64,000 nucleotides of DNA, taken from the NCBI GenBank assembly GCA_965247485.1, contig OZ252017.1, forward strand, positions 837,664 through 901,663. The letters are read 5' to 3'. The number at the start of each line of letters is the position of its first letter. Within the stretch, counting starts at the first letter, position 1. Source of the DNA: Dehalococcoidia bacterium. Its GTDB lineage: Bacteria > Chloroflexota > Dehalococcoidia > DSTF01 > WHTK01. The notes under the pieces are model-generated. The model ran no database searches and had not been told where the DNA came from. It saw nothing but the letters and a program-made list of their open reading frames with translations. Shown piece by piece: positions 11,005 through 20,198 of this stretch. A program made the position numbers and the translations under genes.

Positions 11005-11333
11005 TGATAGAACTCACAGAACTGACCAAGGTTTACGAGATGGGAGAGCACCAGGTTGTGGCTCTGAACCGCGTAAATCTGAGTATCGAAGACGGGGAAT
11101 TTGTCGCGATCATCGGAGCATCCGGTTTGGGGAAATCGACACTGATGAACGTTCTGGGATGCTTGGATCAACCTACTTCTGGGAGTTATGAACTGGACGG
11201 CCTCGCCGTGGGTGAGCTTACCGAGGATGATCTGGCTCTGGTGCGCAATCAGGCAATTGGATTCGTCTTCCAAAGCTATAACCTGCTGCCGCGGATGCCG
11301 GCGGTGCGACAGGTCGAGCTGCCGTTGGCCTAA
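11004..11333 (+). pseudogene. ABC ATPase N-terminal 109 codons (Walker A) of the same gene, inverted relative to the rest of the operon
   Basis: [46 protein letters not shown]...QVELPLA then stop; continues seamlessly into the minus-strand fragment once the 320-bp segment is flipped. Confidence 0.85.
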
Positions 11334-12976
11334 GGTGCCTGCAGCCCTCTTCCACCACCGCCGCCAGGAACGCCGACTGGGCCGGGAAACTGCTGCTCTG
11401 TCGTTTGCTGCGTCTGAGTTCCGCCGGTCGATGCGGCGATAACCAAGACCTCATCGCCCGGCTCAAGGCCCGAAAGAATTTGAGTCAGCGTGCCGTTCGT
11501 CACCGGGCGGACCTCGTCTCCAGCAGGCGTTTTGACGGTCACGACTTGCTGCCGGCCGGCACCGCTGACGGAGCGCGACGGTACGACCGGAGCGTCATCC
11601 ACCCTCTCAGTCGTCACGAGAATCGACGCGGTCATGCCAGGCGCCGGCAGCGGCACGTCAGTCGCCAAGTCTGCCGTGTTGATCGTCAGGTTGACCGAGA
11701 AAGTGACAACGCCCTGCTGCACCGAAGGAGCCGGGCCGATGGCGCTGACTTCCGCGTTATAGGTTCTGCCTGGCATGGCGTCGAAAGTCACCGTTGCGCT
11801 CTGACCAACCGCGAGGTTGATAATATCGGACTGATCCACGCTCGACTCGATCTCGACCAAGTCCGGATTCATCACCACGATGACTTCCGCCGTTCCCGAG
11901 ACACGGTCGCCCACGACCAAGTTGACTTCGCTAACCAAGTCATCAAACGGCGCAACGATCGTCGCCGCTTCGAGATCGCTGGCGGCGTTTTCCACAGCGA
12001 TCTTCGCTTGTGTAAGCGAAGCCTCCAGCGGCGCGACAACATCTGCTGCCGCTGGACCCATCAGCTCCGCGTATCGCGCGTCGGCCGCGCCCAGTGACGC
12101 GCGAGCCGTTTCCAGACTCAGTTGCACACTTTGAATCTCGCCCGCGTCCGGGCCGGCCAGAGTTTCGTCATATTTCTGCTGGGCAACAACCAGCCCCAAT
12201 TCCGCACTTTCGATCGCGCGCTCCAAGCTCCCGCTGCTGACCCCTTCCAGGTTTTGCGGATTGCTCAAATCGCTCCGTGCTTCTACCAAGGCATCCCTGG
12301 CGTTTTTCAGAGCTGTCTGCGCATTAAGAAGTGATTGCTCGGCCGCCGCGATTTCACTCAGCGTGGGCTTGCTGAGCACCTCATCCAGGTTGGCCTCCGC
12401 CGTCAAGACCTGGCCTTGGGCAGAGGAGATTGACTGCAGAGCCGATGCGGTGTCACTCGCACTCGCACCTTCAAGCACCGCATCCAGGCGCGCCTGAGCC
12501 GAAGCCAGCGAGGCTTCGGCAATCGCCAGCGACTGTTGAAGCTCCGTATCTTCGATCCGCGAGAGTGGTTCACCCGCCGCGACGCTTTCACCAAGGTTGA
12601 CCAGCACCTCGGTTACCTCGCCGGCACTGCCGAACGTTAGCGCCGCCTGTTGTCCGGCAGCCGCACTACCGCTGGCTGATATCGTGCTGTTCAAGGTCGT
12701 TTCAAACGCGGGAATGTAGGTCGCCGCGGTTGGCAAGGGAGCGTTCAGATCCGTTGCCGAGGCGTAGACCTTGTATCCGACAAAGGCCATCGCTAATCCC
12801 AGAACGACAAGGGCGATCACTTCCAACGACGAAGGTCCCCGTGAGATAGATCTCCCTTGCAACAACAGGCGACCGCGACCTCCATCGGCAATTGACTGGC
12901 TCAAAGTAAAATCCTTCTCAGCGATCCTAGTTCTCGCTCTGGAGGCATTTATCAAGAAACCTTTAAACAACAGCAA
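11330..12976 (-). CDS. HlyD-family periplasmic adaptor (membrane fusion protein) of the MacAB-like efflux system
   Basis: N-terminal TM anchor, long coiled-coil (Ala/Leu/Gln-rich), beta-barrel C-terminal domain; 548 aa; upstream of ATPase and permease. Confidence 0.75.
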   Translation of the reverse strand: MLLFKGFLINASRARTRIAEKDFTLSQSIADGGRGRLLLQGRSISRGPSSLEVIALVVLGLAMAFVGYKVYASATDLNAPLPTAATYIPAFETTLNSTISASGSAAAGQQAALTFGSAGEVTEVLVNLGESVAAGEPLSRIEDTELQQSLAIAEASLASAQARLDAVLEGASASDTASALQSISSAQGQVLTAEANLDEVLSKPTLSEIAAAEQSLLNAQTALKNARDALVEARSDLSNPQNLEGVSSGSLERAIESAELGLVVAQQKYDETLAGPDAGEIQSVQLSLETARASLGAADARYAELMGPAAADVVAPLEASLTQAKIAVENAASDLEAATIVAPFDDLVSEVNLVVGDRVSGTAEVIVVMNPDLVEIESSVDQSDIINLAVGQSATVTFDAMPGRTYNAEVSAIGPAPSVQQGVVTFSVNLTINTADLATDVPLPAPGMTASILVTTERVDDAPVVPSRSVSGAGRQQVVTVKTPAGDEVRPVTNGTLTQILSGLEPGDEVLVIAASTGGTQTQQTTEQQFPGPVGVPGGGGGRGLQAP

Positions 12977-13124
12977 AGATCGATAGAACTTTCTGCGGGG
13001 CCTGCAGGGAATGGCGGCCGGAAATTAGCGCTCTCTCGCCGGCAATTGAGGACCATCACCCCTGATTTTTAAGACCAAACACCTGCCGGCCTCCCCTGAC
13101 CTTCGCGCACCGGACGGCTCCGAT

Positions 13125-13460
13125 GTGCGCGTTCTGCTTGACCTCGAAGGCGGCAGTATGGCCCACTTTGAACTTGCCCCTGGCCGCGCTTCCCAGGCCG
13201 TCGTCCATCGCACCGTCGCCGAAATTTGGTACATCATCAGCGGTAAGGGAGAAATGTGGCGCCGCCAAGACAACCGCGAGGAAGTCATCGACATTGCACC
13301 TGGAACCTGCTTGACGATCCCGCTCGGCACCTCGTTCCAGTTCCGCACCACCAGCCCCGAATCCCTGAGGGCGATAGCGATCACCATGCCACCCTGGCCG
13401 GGTGCAACCGAGGCCGATCAAGTCAGAGGCAAGTGGGTTGCCAACCTCAACGACCGCTGA
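13125..13460 (+). CDS. cupin domain protein
   Basis: Small (about 100 aa) cupin beta-barrel motif pattern; the true start may be the internal Met (MAHFEL...) within the track ORF. Confidence 0.5.
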   Translation: MRVLLDLEGGSMAHFELAPGRASQAVVHRTVAEIWYIISGKGEMWRRQDNREEVIDIAPGTCLTIPLGTSFQFRTTSPESLRAIAITMPPWPGATEADQVRGKWVANLNDR

Positions 13461-13499
13461 GAGCTGCTCTGCTGGCGCCCCATTAACGCCTGGTAGAAG

Positions 13500-14156
13500 A
13501 TGATGTCCATGCGACTTTTGCTGGGCACCAAGATCACCGAAGCTGAGCCCGATTGGCGCCAAGCACTGCCGCGGCGTCCGGTGCTGATCGATCTCGGCGC
13601 CGGTGACGGCCGCTTTGCCTATGAACAAGCCAGGCACGATCCGGAAAACCTCTATGTCGCCGTCGACGCTGATAGCGCCACGCTCTCTGAATACGCCTTT
13701 AAAGCCGCCCGCAAGCCCTCCCGTGGCGGGATCGGCAACGCGATTTTTGTCGTTGCGGCGGCCGAAGCGCTGCCTGAGGAGCTGGCGGGCATCGCCAGCC
13801 TTATCCGGGTCAATTTTCCCTGGGGCAGCCTACTGCGCGGCCTTGTGCTGCCGGAACCCACCATCCTCAAGGCCGTAGCCGGTTTGGCTAGTCCTGACGC
13901 ACGCTTTGAGTTTGTCATCTGCTACGACCCGATTCATGACCTCGCCGGCCTCGGCGGTGAGCCCCTCAAGCCGCTGGATCAAACCCGAATCGACACCGTC
14001 TTGGAGCCGGCTTACGCCGCCGCAGGCCTGCTTCTAAAAGCCCGCCGCAAGCTCGACCTCAAAGAAGCCCTGGCCATTCCTTCGACCTGGGGTAGGCGTC
14101 TCGCCTATGGTCACCGCCGGGATGTCTTTTTGATTGAGGGCAGCTTTCAAGTCTGA
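13500..14156 (+). CDS. KamB/NpmA-family 16S rRNA (adenine1408-N1)-methyltransferase homolog (aminoglycoside-resistance type, class I SAM MTase)
   Basis: Family-like motifs along the whole length: LGTK..., IDLGAGDGR (SAM motif I), YVAVD, KPSRGG, NAIFVVAAAEALPEEL, FPWGSLL, RFEFV, WGRRLAYGHRRDVF; 218 aa like KamB/NpmA. Confidence 0.65.
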   Translation: MMSMRLLLGTKITEAEPDWRQALPRRPVLIDLGAGDGRFAYEQARHDPENLYVAVDADSATLSEYAFKAARKPSRGGIGNAIFVVAAAEALPEELAGIASLIRVNFPWGSLLRGLVLPEPTILKAVAGLASPDARFEFVICYDPIHDLAGLGGEPLKPLDQTRIDTVLEPAYAAAGLLLKARRKLDLKEALAIPSTWGRRLAYGHRRDVFLIEGSFQV

Positions 14157-14218
14157 ACCCGCGACCAATCAGGGCCCATCAGCTAACCTTGCATAGAACT
14201 AATTGATCACGCCCCGAA

Positions 14219-14947
14219 ATGGAGCCCTTCATGCTGAATGCGCGCAGCCTCCTGTTCGTCCCGGCCAACAGCGAGGCGATGATCGATGAAGCCGCTGCCA
14301 GCGCTGCTGACGTGGCCGTCCTCGATTTGGCGAACTCTGTGCCCGTGGACCAGAAAATCGCGGCTCGTTCCACGATTCGCTCCACCATCGAAAAACTCAA
14401 GGCAGCGGGCAAGACCGTCCATGTCCGCGTCAGCCATCTCGACTCCGGTTTGACCACGGAAGATTTATCCGCGGCTATCGGGGCCGGTCTCGACGGCATC
14501 GTCTATCCCAAGACCGATGCGCCCCACCAAATTCGAGAGCTTGATGTCTTGATCCGTCAGCAAGAGGTTAGCCACGAAGTACGGCCCGGCACCGCCGGCC
14601 TGTTCCCGCAGCTTGGCAGCGCCAACGGCCTCCTACGCTGCGAGGAAATCGCGCTCGCCTCAACCCGTATCGCCGGCCTCTCCCTCGACATTGAAGCCTA
14701 CACGGCCGATGTCGGCATCTTGCCGACCAGCTCCGGGCACGAACTAGACTATGCTCGCAACGTCCTGACTCACTGCTGCGCCGCGCATAAGCTGATGCCG
14801 CTCGACGTTGCCTTCTCAGAAGTCAAAGACCTTGCCGGACTCACCGAGGAAGCAATTCGCGCCCGCTCGCTTGGCTTCAAAGGCAAGTACCTGATTCATG
14901 CCGACCAAATCGACGCCGTGAACCGCGCATTTGCCCGGACGTCTTAA
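14219..14947 (+). CDS. HpcH/HpaI aldolase / citrate lyase beta (CitE)-like protein
   Basis: N-terminal RSLLFVPANSE...VLDL motif typical of CitE/malyl-CoA lyase family. Confidence 0.7.
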   Translation: MEPFMLNARSLLFVPANSEAMIDEAAASAADVAVLDLANSVPVDQKIAARSTIRSTIEKLKAAGKTVHVRVSHLDSGLTTEDLSAAIGAGLDGIVYPKTDAPHQIRELDVLIRQQEVSHEVRPGTAGLFPQLGSANGLLRCEEIALASTRIAGLSLDIEAYTADVGILPTSSGHELDYARNVLTHCCAAHKLMPLDVAFSEVKDLAGLTEEAIRARSLGFKGKYLIHADQIDAVNRAFARTS

Positions 14948-14994
14948 GGGCCGGCGGGGCGCAAATTAGGCAGCTCGCCGGCTCATGCCGGAAA

Positions 14995-15939
14995 TTAGAA
15001 GCGCTCCGCAAACCACTGATAGCGCTCAGGTGAGAGCTCCAGAAGTCCGACCGGGTCGCCAAAGTAGAGGGCAAAGCTGTTGGCGAAGTCCTCAAGCGGG
15101 TCATTTTTGGAAAGCCCGCTCCAGACCGCCTCACCGTCATAGGCATATTCCACTCGGGAGTGGTCAATTAGCGCTCCAACCTGGCTGGCCGGCGTGAGAA
15201 CTTGCCAGCCTGCCATGGCCATGAAGCTCTGCATCTCATCCCCTAGCAGCACGTCGCGTAGTCACCTGCTGGTGCATATCGCAGATTAAAGGCATGGCCG
15301 AACTCATGCAGAATCGTCAGCACCGGTTGCCTGGGATACAGCACTACTTCATTCAATCCGTCATTGGTCGTAAAGAAGTTGGCCGCTCCACCGTACGGCT
15401 GACTTCCCACTGAAGTAACCCCATCTGTGTTGACGCTAATCTTAATAATTCCCAATGCCGGATTTCCCAGCTCGGCCCTCACGGACGCCGGCAGACTAGC
15501 CAGAGCCTGTTGCACGTGGTCACAAGGTCCCAGTTTCCCGACCCAAGAGCTGGACAGAAGCACCGTCCTCTGCTGGCGCGGCTGGAACCACGGCCACTTG
15601 CTGTTCAAGTGATTCCTCGGCGGCTAGAACCTCCGGGCTAGCCTCGGTTGCGGTGCCAGACTCGGAAACCGAGCTACCTTCAGCTACGAGGCCACCCTGC
15701 GACGGCCATATGCTTTCTACGTAAACCCGCGAGGCGGAGTCAGCGACATAAGTAACGGCCTCGGTGCTCGATGTTTCCGCGACTGAACCAGCGGCCGGCT
15801 CTGCCGGTTGAAGTTCCAGGCTCGGCGCCAGTGATGCGGCGACATGCAGGAAAAACAGTGCCGCCAAGCCTGCGACCAAAGTCAGCAGTAGGCGGCCGGG
15901 GAATTGAAGCGCTCGCGACTGAGCAAATCGAGCTAGCAT
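14995..15939 (-). pseudogene. secreted HExxH zinc metallopeptidase, apparently disrupted by two frameshifts (three overlapping ORF pieces)
   Basis: Piece 1 (15939-15520) signal peptide plus Ser/Ala/Glu-rich linker; piece 2 (15608-15243) ends ...TILHEFGHAFNL (HExxH); piece 3 (15252-14995) continues with LGDEMQ... (candidate third ligand Glu); overlaps of 89 nt and 10 nt in different frames. Confidence 0.4.
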
Positions 15940-16076
15940 GCCAGCATCCTTGCTGCCTGGTCGCGCTTAGGCGCGACTCAAGTATTCGGACCGTCCTGGT
16001 CCTCACATACAAAAACGCCGGCCCTTGGCCGGCGTTTCACTTCTGAAATGGCCGTAGGACTGAATTTCTGCGGCGC

Positions 16077-16682
16077 CTAGCCGCCCTTCCCAATCAGGCT
16101 CAAGAATTCAGACCGGGTTCGTGCGTCAGTCTTGAAGCGGCCGAGCATACAACTCGTGCTGGCAAGGCTGTTCTGCTTCTCGGCTCCCCGCATCATCATG
16201 CAAAGATGTTGCGCCTCCATCACCACGCCCACTCCCTTTGGCTCCAATATCTCCTCGATCGCAGTGGCGATCTCCGTTGTCAGACGTTCTTGAACCTGGA
16301 GCCGGCGAGCGTAAACGTCAGCTATGCGCGCCAACTTGCTCAGCCCCACTATCTTGCCATTTGGCAGATAGGCGATGTGGCAACGGCCAAAAAACGGTAG
16401 CAGATGGTGTTCGCAGAGGCTGTAAACCTCTACGTCTCTCACCACCACCATTTCGTCATACTCGGCCGCGAAAAGCGCGCCGCCCAAGACATCTCGCGGG
16501 TCGACATCATAACCCTGCGTTAGGAACGATAGGCTGTTGGCTACGCGAGTCGGTGTCTCACGCAGGCCGTCTCGATCCGGGTTCTCACCAAGCTCAGCCA
16601 GCAGTGAGCGAACCAACCCGGCCAGGATCGAAGATCCTGCGCCATCACTTTCTGAGTCGAACTCGGCTTCACTTTCCATCAT
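16077..16682 (-). CDS. folE: GTP cyclohydrolase I
   Basis: Conserved [31 protein letters not shown] region. Confidence 0.9.
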   Translation of the reverse strand: MMESEAEFDSESDGAGSSILAGLVRSLLAELGENPDRDGLRETPTRVANSLSFLTQGYDVDPRDVLGGALFAAEYDEMVVVRDVEVYSLCEHHLLPFFGRCHIAYLPNGKIVGLSKLARIADVYARRLQVQERLTTEIATAIEEILEPKGVGVVMEAQHLCMMMRGAEKQNSLASTSCMLGRFKTDARTRSEFLSLIGKGG

Positions 16683-16720
16683 TTGATTCTAACCCGTTAA
16701 ACCCGAGATTGACTGCTCCC

Positions 16721-17212
16721 CTACCAGCGTTCCTGATGGACCAACTCCTCCAGAGCTAGCCGTTTGCGGCTTTCTCTCGGTGCCTCATTCGGCGCCGGAT
16801 AGCCAAACGCAACGGCGATAGCCACGCCGAAGTTTTCGGGAATTCCAAGCGTATCCCGGCTTAGCTCCTCGTCTTGTAACCCGATCGGGCAATTTATGAT
16901 CCCTTCACTCCAGGCCGCTAGCATCATGTTCTGCGCCACCCGGCCGGCATCAAAAGCGCTAGCCCCCTGTTCCAGAGCCACCACCACACAAAGCGGCGCT
17001 GTGCGCAAAGGTTCCCCTCCGCGTCCTCCAGTCGCCAGCTTTCGCCTCGTATCCGGATCACGCACGACGATGAGACGGCATGGCTGTGAATTGCTGGAGC
17101 TCCCGGCCATTCGCCCAGCCTGCAATATGCGGTTAACCGCGTCCTCTTCCAAGTTGCGAGAATCATAGTTGCGCCGATCGCGCTTGGTCACAATGGTCTT
17201 GTAAGCGTCCAT
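16721..17212 (-). CDS. nitroreductase family protein
   Basis: Nitroreductase-fold N-terminal motif (KRDRRNY...RILQAGRMAGSSSNSQPCRLIVV). Confidence 0.65.
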   Translation of the reverse strand: MDAYKTIVTKRDRRNYDSRNLEEDAVNRILQAGRMAGSSSNSQPCRLIVVRDPDTRRKLATGGRGGEPLRTAPLCVVVALEQGASAFDAGRVAQNMMLAAWSEGIINCPIGLQDEELSRDTLGIPENFGVAIAVAFGYPAPNEAPRESRKRLALEELVHQERW

Positions 17213-17284
17213 CTAGCCCATTCCTTGTCTCTGCTGATCAGGAGCCTGTACTGTTCGAATCAAAATACTGCATTCGGAGGCCTC

Positions 17285-17683
17285 ATGACCGAACTCTCTC
17301 AAGATGCTCAGAAACTGATCGATGAAAAGCATCTCGCCCACGTCGTCACCCTGATGAAGGACGGCTCGCCTCAGGTGTCACCCGTGTGGGTTGATCACGA
17401 CGGCACTCATATCTTGGTCAACACCGCGGAAGGCCGTCAAAAACCGCGCAACCTTAGACGGGACGCCCGCGTCGCCGTTTCCATCGTTGACCATGAGAAC
17501 AGCTTTCGTTACCTGCTCGTACGCGGCAAAGTCACTGAGATCACTACAGACGGGGCCTGGGATCACATCCACAAGCTAAACCTCAAGTACACCGGCTCAA
17601 GCGACTATCCAAAGCACGAGGGTCAGGTGCGCCTCGTGATAAAGATTCTGCCGGAGCACGAATTCTTCAGTATCTCAGGATAG
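17285..17683 (+). CDS. PPOX-class F420-dependent oxidoreductase / pyridoxamine 5'-phosphate oxidase family protein
   Basis: HVVTLMKDGSPQVSPVWV...RNLRRDARVAVSIVD...RYLLVRGKV pattern; ATG at 17285 preferred over upstream M. Confidence 0.7.
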   Translation: MTELSQDAQKLIDEKHLAHVVTLMKDGSPQVSPVWVDHDGTHILVNTAEGRQKPRNLRRDARVAVSIVDHENSFRYLLVRGKVTEITTDGAWDHIHKLNLKYTGSSDYPKHEGQVRLVIKILPEHEFFSISG

Positions 17684-17796
17684 AATCCACCCCCAGCGAC
17701 CAACCACCATTTCAGAAAGTCGTCTTTGGCAGGCCGACAATGCGCCCCAGAGCCTTCCGCTAGCCGGGCTCACGAGAATGGTAGAATTCAGTCTAA

Positions 17797-17870
17797 GCGG
17801 CCAAGGTGTTGTGGTGGCATTCGTCCCTCCCACGGATGAGGCGGGGGTTCAATTCCCCCTGGCCGCTCCA
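17797..17870 (+). tRNA. tRNA, probably tRNA-Gly (anticodon CCC), 74 nt with encoded CCA; integration target of the downstream island
   Basis: Acceptor GCGGCCA/TGGCCGC, anticodon stem CGTCC/GGATG with loop CTCCCAC, T-arm GGGGG-TTCAATT-CCCCC, discriminator T, CCA; D-stem is weak (GTGT/GCAT), hence moderate confidence. Confidence 0.55.
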
Positions 17871-17871
17871 G
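17847..17871. repeat. attL core: 25-bp direct repeat GTTCAATTCCCCCTGGCCGCTCCAG (tRNA 3' end), identical copy at 30205-30229
   Basis: Exact 25/25 match between the two positions. Confidence 0.7.
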
Positions 17872-17897
17872 TCTTTTGCTTCGGTTTTGTATCTAAA

Positions 17898-17919
17898 AGA
17901 GGCCCGTGACAGGGCCTCT
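17898..17919 (-). terminator. perfect 8-bp stem-loop (AGAGGCCC-GTGACA-GGGCCTCT) between tRNA and integrase stop; possible integrase terminator (weak T-tract)
   Basis: Inverted repeat read directly; followed on minus strand by TTTAGAT. Confidence 0.3.
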
Positions 17920-17947
17920 CTAGGGTTCTGACCGCCTATCTGACCGC

Positions 17948-19075
17948 CTAACCGTGAAAAAGCTTATCCATGACGCTTACAGCTTGCTCCTGGGCGCCCT
18001 CGATCACGTGAGCGTAAATGCGCAATGTAGTCGAGATGTCGCTGTGGCCGAGCAGCTCCGAAACCACCTTGACCGGGACACCCTGAGAGAGCAGAACGGT
18101 CGCCGCGGTGTGTCTCAAATCGTGAAATCTCATTCGTGGTAGGCCTGCCTTGTCAAGTAACGGATGCAGCCCGCGGCTTAGGACGTGGCTATTGTCTAGG
18201 GGCTTGCCGAGCGCGTTTGTGAATGCGAGCCCGTATTCTTTCCACGCGGCGCCGGCAAGTTGGCGCTGACTGGGTTGATTAAGTCGATGGGTTTCTAGGG
18301 CCTCGCAAGCGGTTGCCGATAGCCAAACTGTGCGGCGTGACTTCTGAGTCTTCGGCTGGCCAAACAGAGGCTCGCCACCTCTCACTGTGGTCAACGTGCG
18401 GCTCACCTGAACCCGTTGGCGCTCGGTGTCTATGTCGCTCCACCGCAAAGCTTGGAGCTCGCCGAGTCGAAGACCTGACGTTAGTGCGAGGACAAAGAAC
18501 GCCTCAAGGGGATGACCTCTCGCGGCCTCGAGAAGCTGACGGGCATCCTCCGGGCCCAGGTGTCTTTGCTCGCCAGTGCTGCGCCGCGGCGGCGTGACGA
18601 GCGATGCGACATTTCGCCCAACAAGGCCCAGGCGCTCGGCATCACGCAAGGCGACATGGAGAACGCCATGACAATGCGCCACGGTGGTTGCACTGACTCG
18701 CCTTCCAATGGAGGCATAGGCTGCTCGCAAATCGGCCGGCTGAAGCTTGGAAAGGACGCGCCTTCCGAGTGCTGGCCCAAGATGTAGACGGCAAAGTGTG
18801 TTGTAGCGGCGCCACGTTTCCGGCCGTAAATCGCCCTGCTTGCCCTCTAGCCAGCTCGACAAGTACGCGCCAACCAAGAGTTTGTCACCTAGCAACGGGA
18901 GATTATCGTCCTGGCGCTTCTGGGCGTCCCGGAGCTTTTTGGAGACCTCAATGCGAGTCTTGCCGAATAGTGACCGGCGCCGCCGTTTTCCCGTGCTGGG
19001 CAGCGTTAGAGTGGCCTCCCAGCGGCCGTCTGCACGGAGACGGATGCTGCCTTCGCCCTTACCTCTCCGAGTCAT
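17948..19075 (-). CDS. int: tyrosine-type site-specific integrase
   Basis: C-terminal catalytic region HDLRHTAATVLLSQGVPVKVVSELLGHSDISTTLRIYAHV (R..H..R..Y); adjacent to tRNA and att repeat. Confidence 0.9.
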   Translation of the reverse strand: MTRRGKGEGSIRLRADGRWEATLTLPSTGKRRRRSLFGKTRIEVSKKLRDAQKRQDDNLPLLGDKLLVGAYLSSWLEGKQGDLRPETWRRYNTLCRLHLGPALGRRVLSKLQPADLRAAYASIGRRVSATTVAHCHGVLHVALRDAERLGLVGRNVASLVTPPRRSTGEQRHLGPEDARQLLEAARGHPLEAFFVLALTSGLRLGELQALRWSDIDTERQRVQVSRTLTTVRGGEPLFGQPKTQKSRRTVWLSATACEALETHRLNQPSQRQLAGAAWKEYGLAFTNALGKPLDNSHVLSRGLHPLLDKAGLPRMRFHDLRHTAATVLLSQGVPVKVVSELLGHSDISTTLRIYAHVIEGAQEQAVSVMDKLFHG

Positions 19076-19077
19076 CG

Positions 19078-19848
19078 TTAGCCTCCCTTTTTAATCATGG
19101 CAAGACGTGCCGCTATGTCATCTACATAGACCCCTCTAGGGGCCATTTTCCGGAGCCAGGAGTGAACAGGGCCCATTAACTCTGCGCCATATTTGATGTG
19201 TATAATCTCCGGATCTAGGATGTCTTCGTAAGTAAGTTGGGTGTCGGCTGTCTTTGGCTGGTAAGGGAAGGATTTCTCGCCAGACTGCGGCGGCCAAGTG
19301 CCACGAAACTCTTGGTGGACGCGAGCGTATGTTTCGTCGTCACGCCATAGAGCCCACCCCAAATATGCCTCCAAAGTCCGGCGGTCGGTCTCAGAAGCCC
19401 GCTCTGGCCTGCGCTCCCAAAACGCGAGGTCGACCGCCATCCACATACGGCTTTGGGGGCTGGCGTCGGGGGCAGCCTGCGTAACACGCCAAAACCAAAG
19501 CATGACCGGCAACAAAGGCCGTTTCAAACGATCTCCGATTGGGTTTAGTTCCCTTGCCAGATCGAAAAAGGCAGAGCTTGCTTCCCATGGTAAGGATCCG
19601 TCATCACTGAACGACTCGGGCCAGGTGACCACCTCTAGCCATCGACGTTCAGGGTTTGGTATCCGGGCCTCTCGGATGATGTCACTGACCGCACGAAGGC
19701 TGGGAGTCTTCTTACCCTTATACCCTTCCAGTCCCTCGGCGATCTTTGCTTGAATTAGCCGGCGCATAACCACGGCTCCCATCTGGCTATGGTTAACTGC
19801 GTTCACCTCAATCGTCCTACGGATTTGTGGATCGATTCTTGCTGGCAT
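19078..19848 (-). CDS. hypothetical protein, leftward gene next to int (position of a satellite/prophage master regulator)
   Basis: 256-aa ORF, Trp/Arg-rich, no recognisable motif. Confidence 0.45.
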   Translation of the reverse strand: MPARIDPQIRRTIEVNAVNHSQMGAVVMRRLIQAKIAEGLEGYKGKKTPSLRAVSDIIREARIPNPERRWLEVVTWPESFSDDGSLPWEASSAFFDLARELNPIGDRLKRPLLPVMLWFWRVTQAAPDASPQSRMWMAVDLAFWERRPERASETDRRTLEAYLGWALWRDDETYARVHQEFRGTWPPQSGEKSFPYQPKTADTQLTYEDILDPEIIHIKYGAELMGPVHSWLRKMAPRGVYVDDIAARLAMIKKGG

Positions 19849-19997
19849 TTGCCTACAAATCCTCCCTAGCTGCTATGTCCTTGGATTTTACTTCCATAGC
19901 ATTGCCATTCTGGCGCTTGACGACTGCCATACCAGGATTGATTCTACATCTCAGCAGAGGGCTGTCAAGGGATGGCAACCGCAAGAGGAGGCACCAA

Positions 19998-20192
19998 ATG
20001 GTAACCGAGACCACACGGCTAGCTTATCGAAGGATGGAAGCTGCAAAGGCCATCGATGTCAGCACCGACACCCTGGACAGATTGATTCAACGCGGAGAGA
20101 TCAAGTCTTTCAAGATCGGCGCCGCCATCTGCATCAGCGCTGACGAGCTCACACGTTTCATCAGAGAGCGCGAAGCGGCCGGCGGCGGCTAG
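19998..20192 (+). CDS. excisionase/AlpA-like helix-turn-helix DNA-binding protein
   Basis: AKAIDVSTDTLDRLIQRGEIKSFKIG HTH; RBS GGAGG upstream of ATG 19998; divergent from int. Confidence 0.55.
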   Translation: MVTETTRLAYRRMEAAKAIDVSTDTLDRLIQRGEIKSFKIGAAICISADELTRFIREREAAGGG

Positions 20193-20198
20193 CGCGAA

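Noticed and set aside
17771-17796. Sequence GAGAATGGTAGAATTCAG just upstream of the tRNA resembling a tRNA-Gly D-loop (suggesting a longer or second tRNA)
   Set aside because: No matching acceptor or anticodon stems could be drawn. The 74-nt model starting at 17797 accounts for the acceptor pairing and CCA end.
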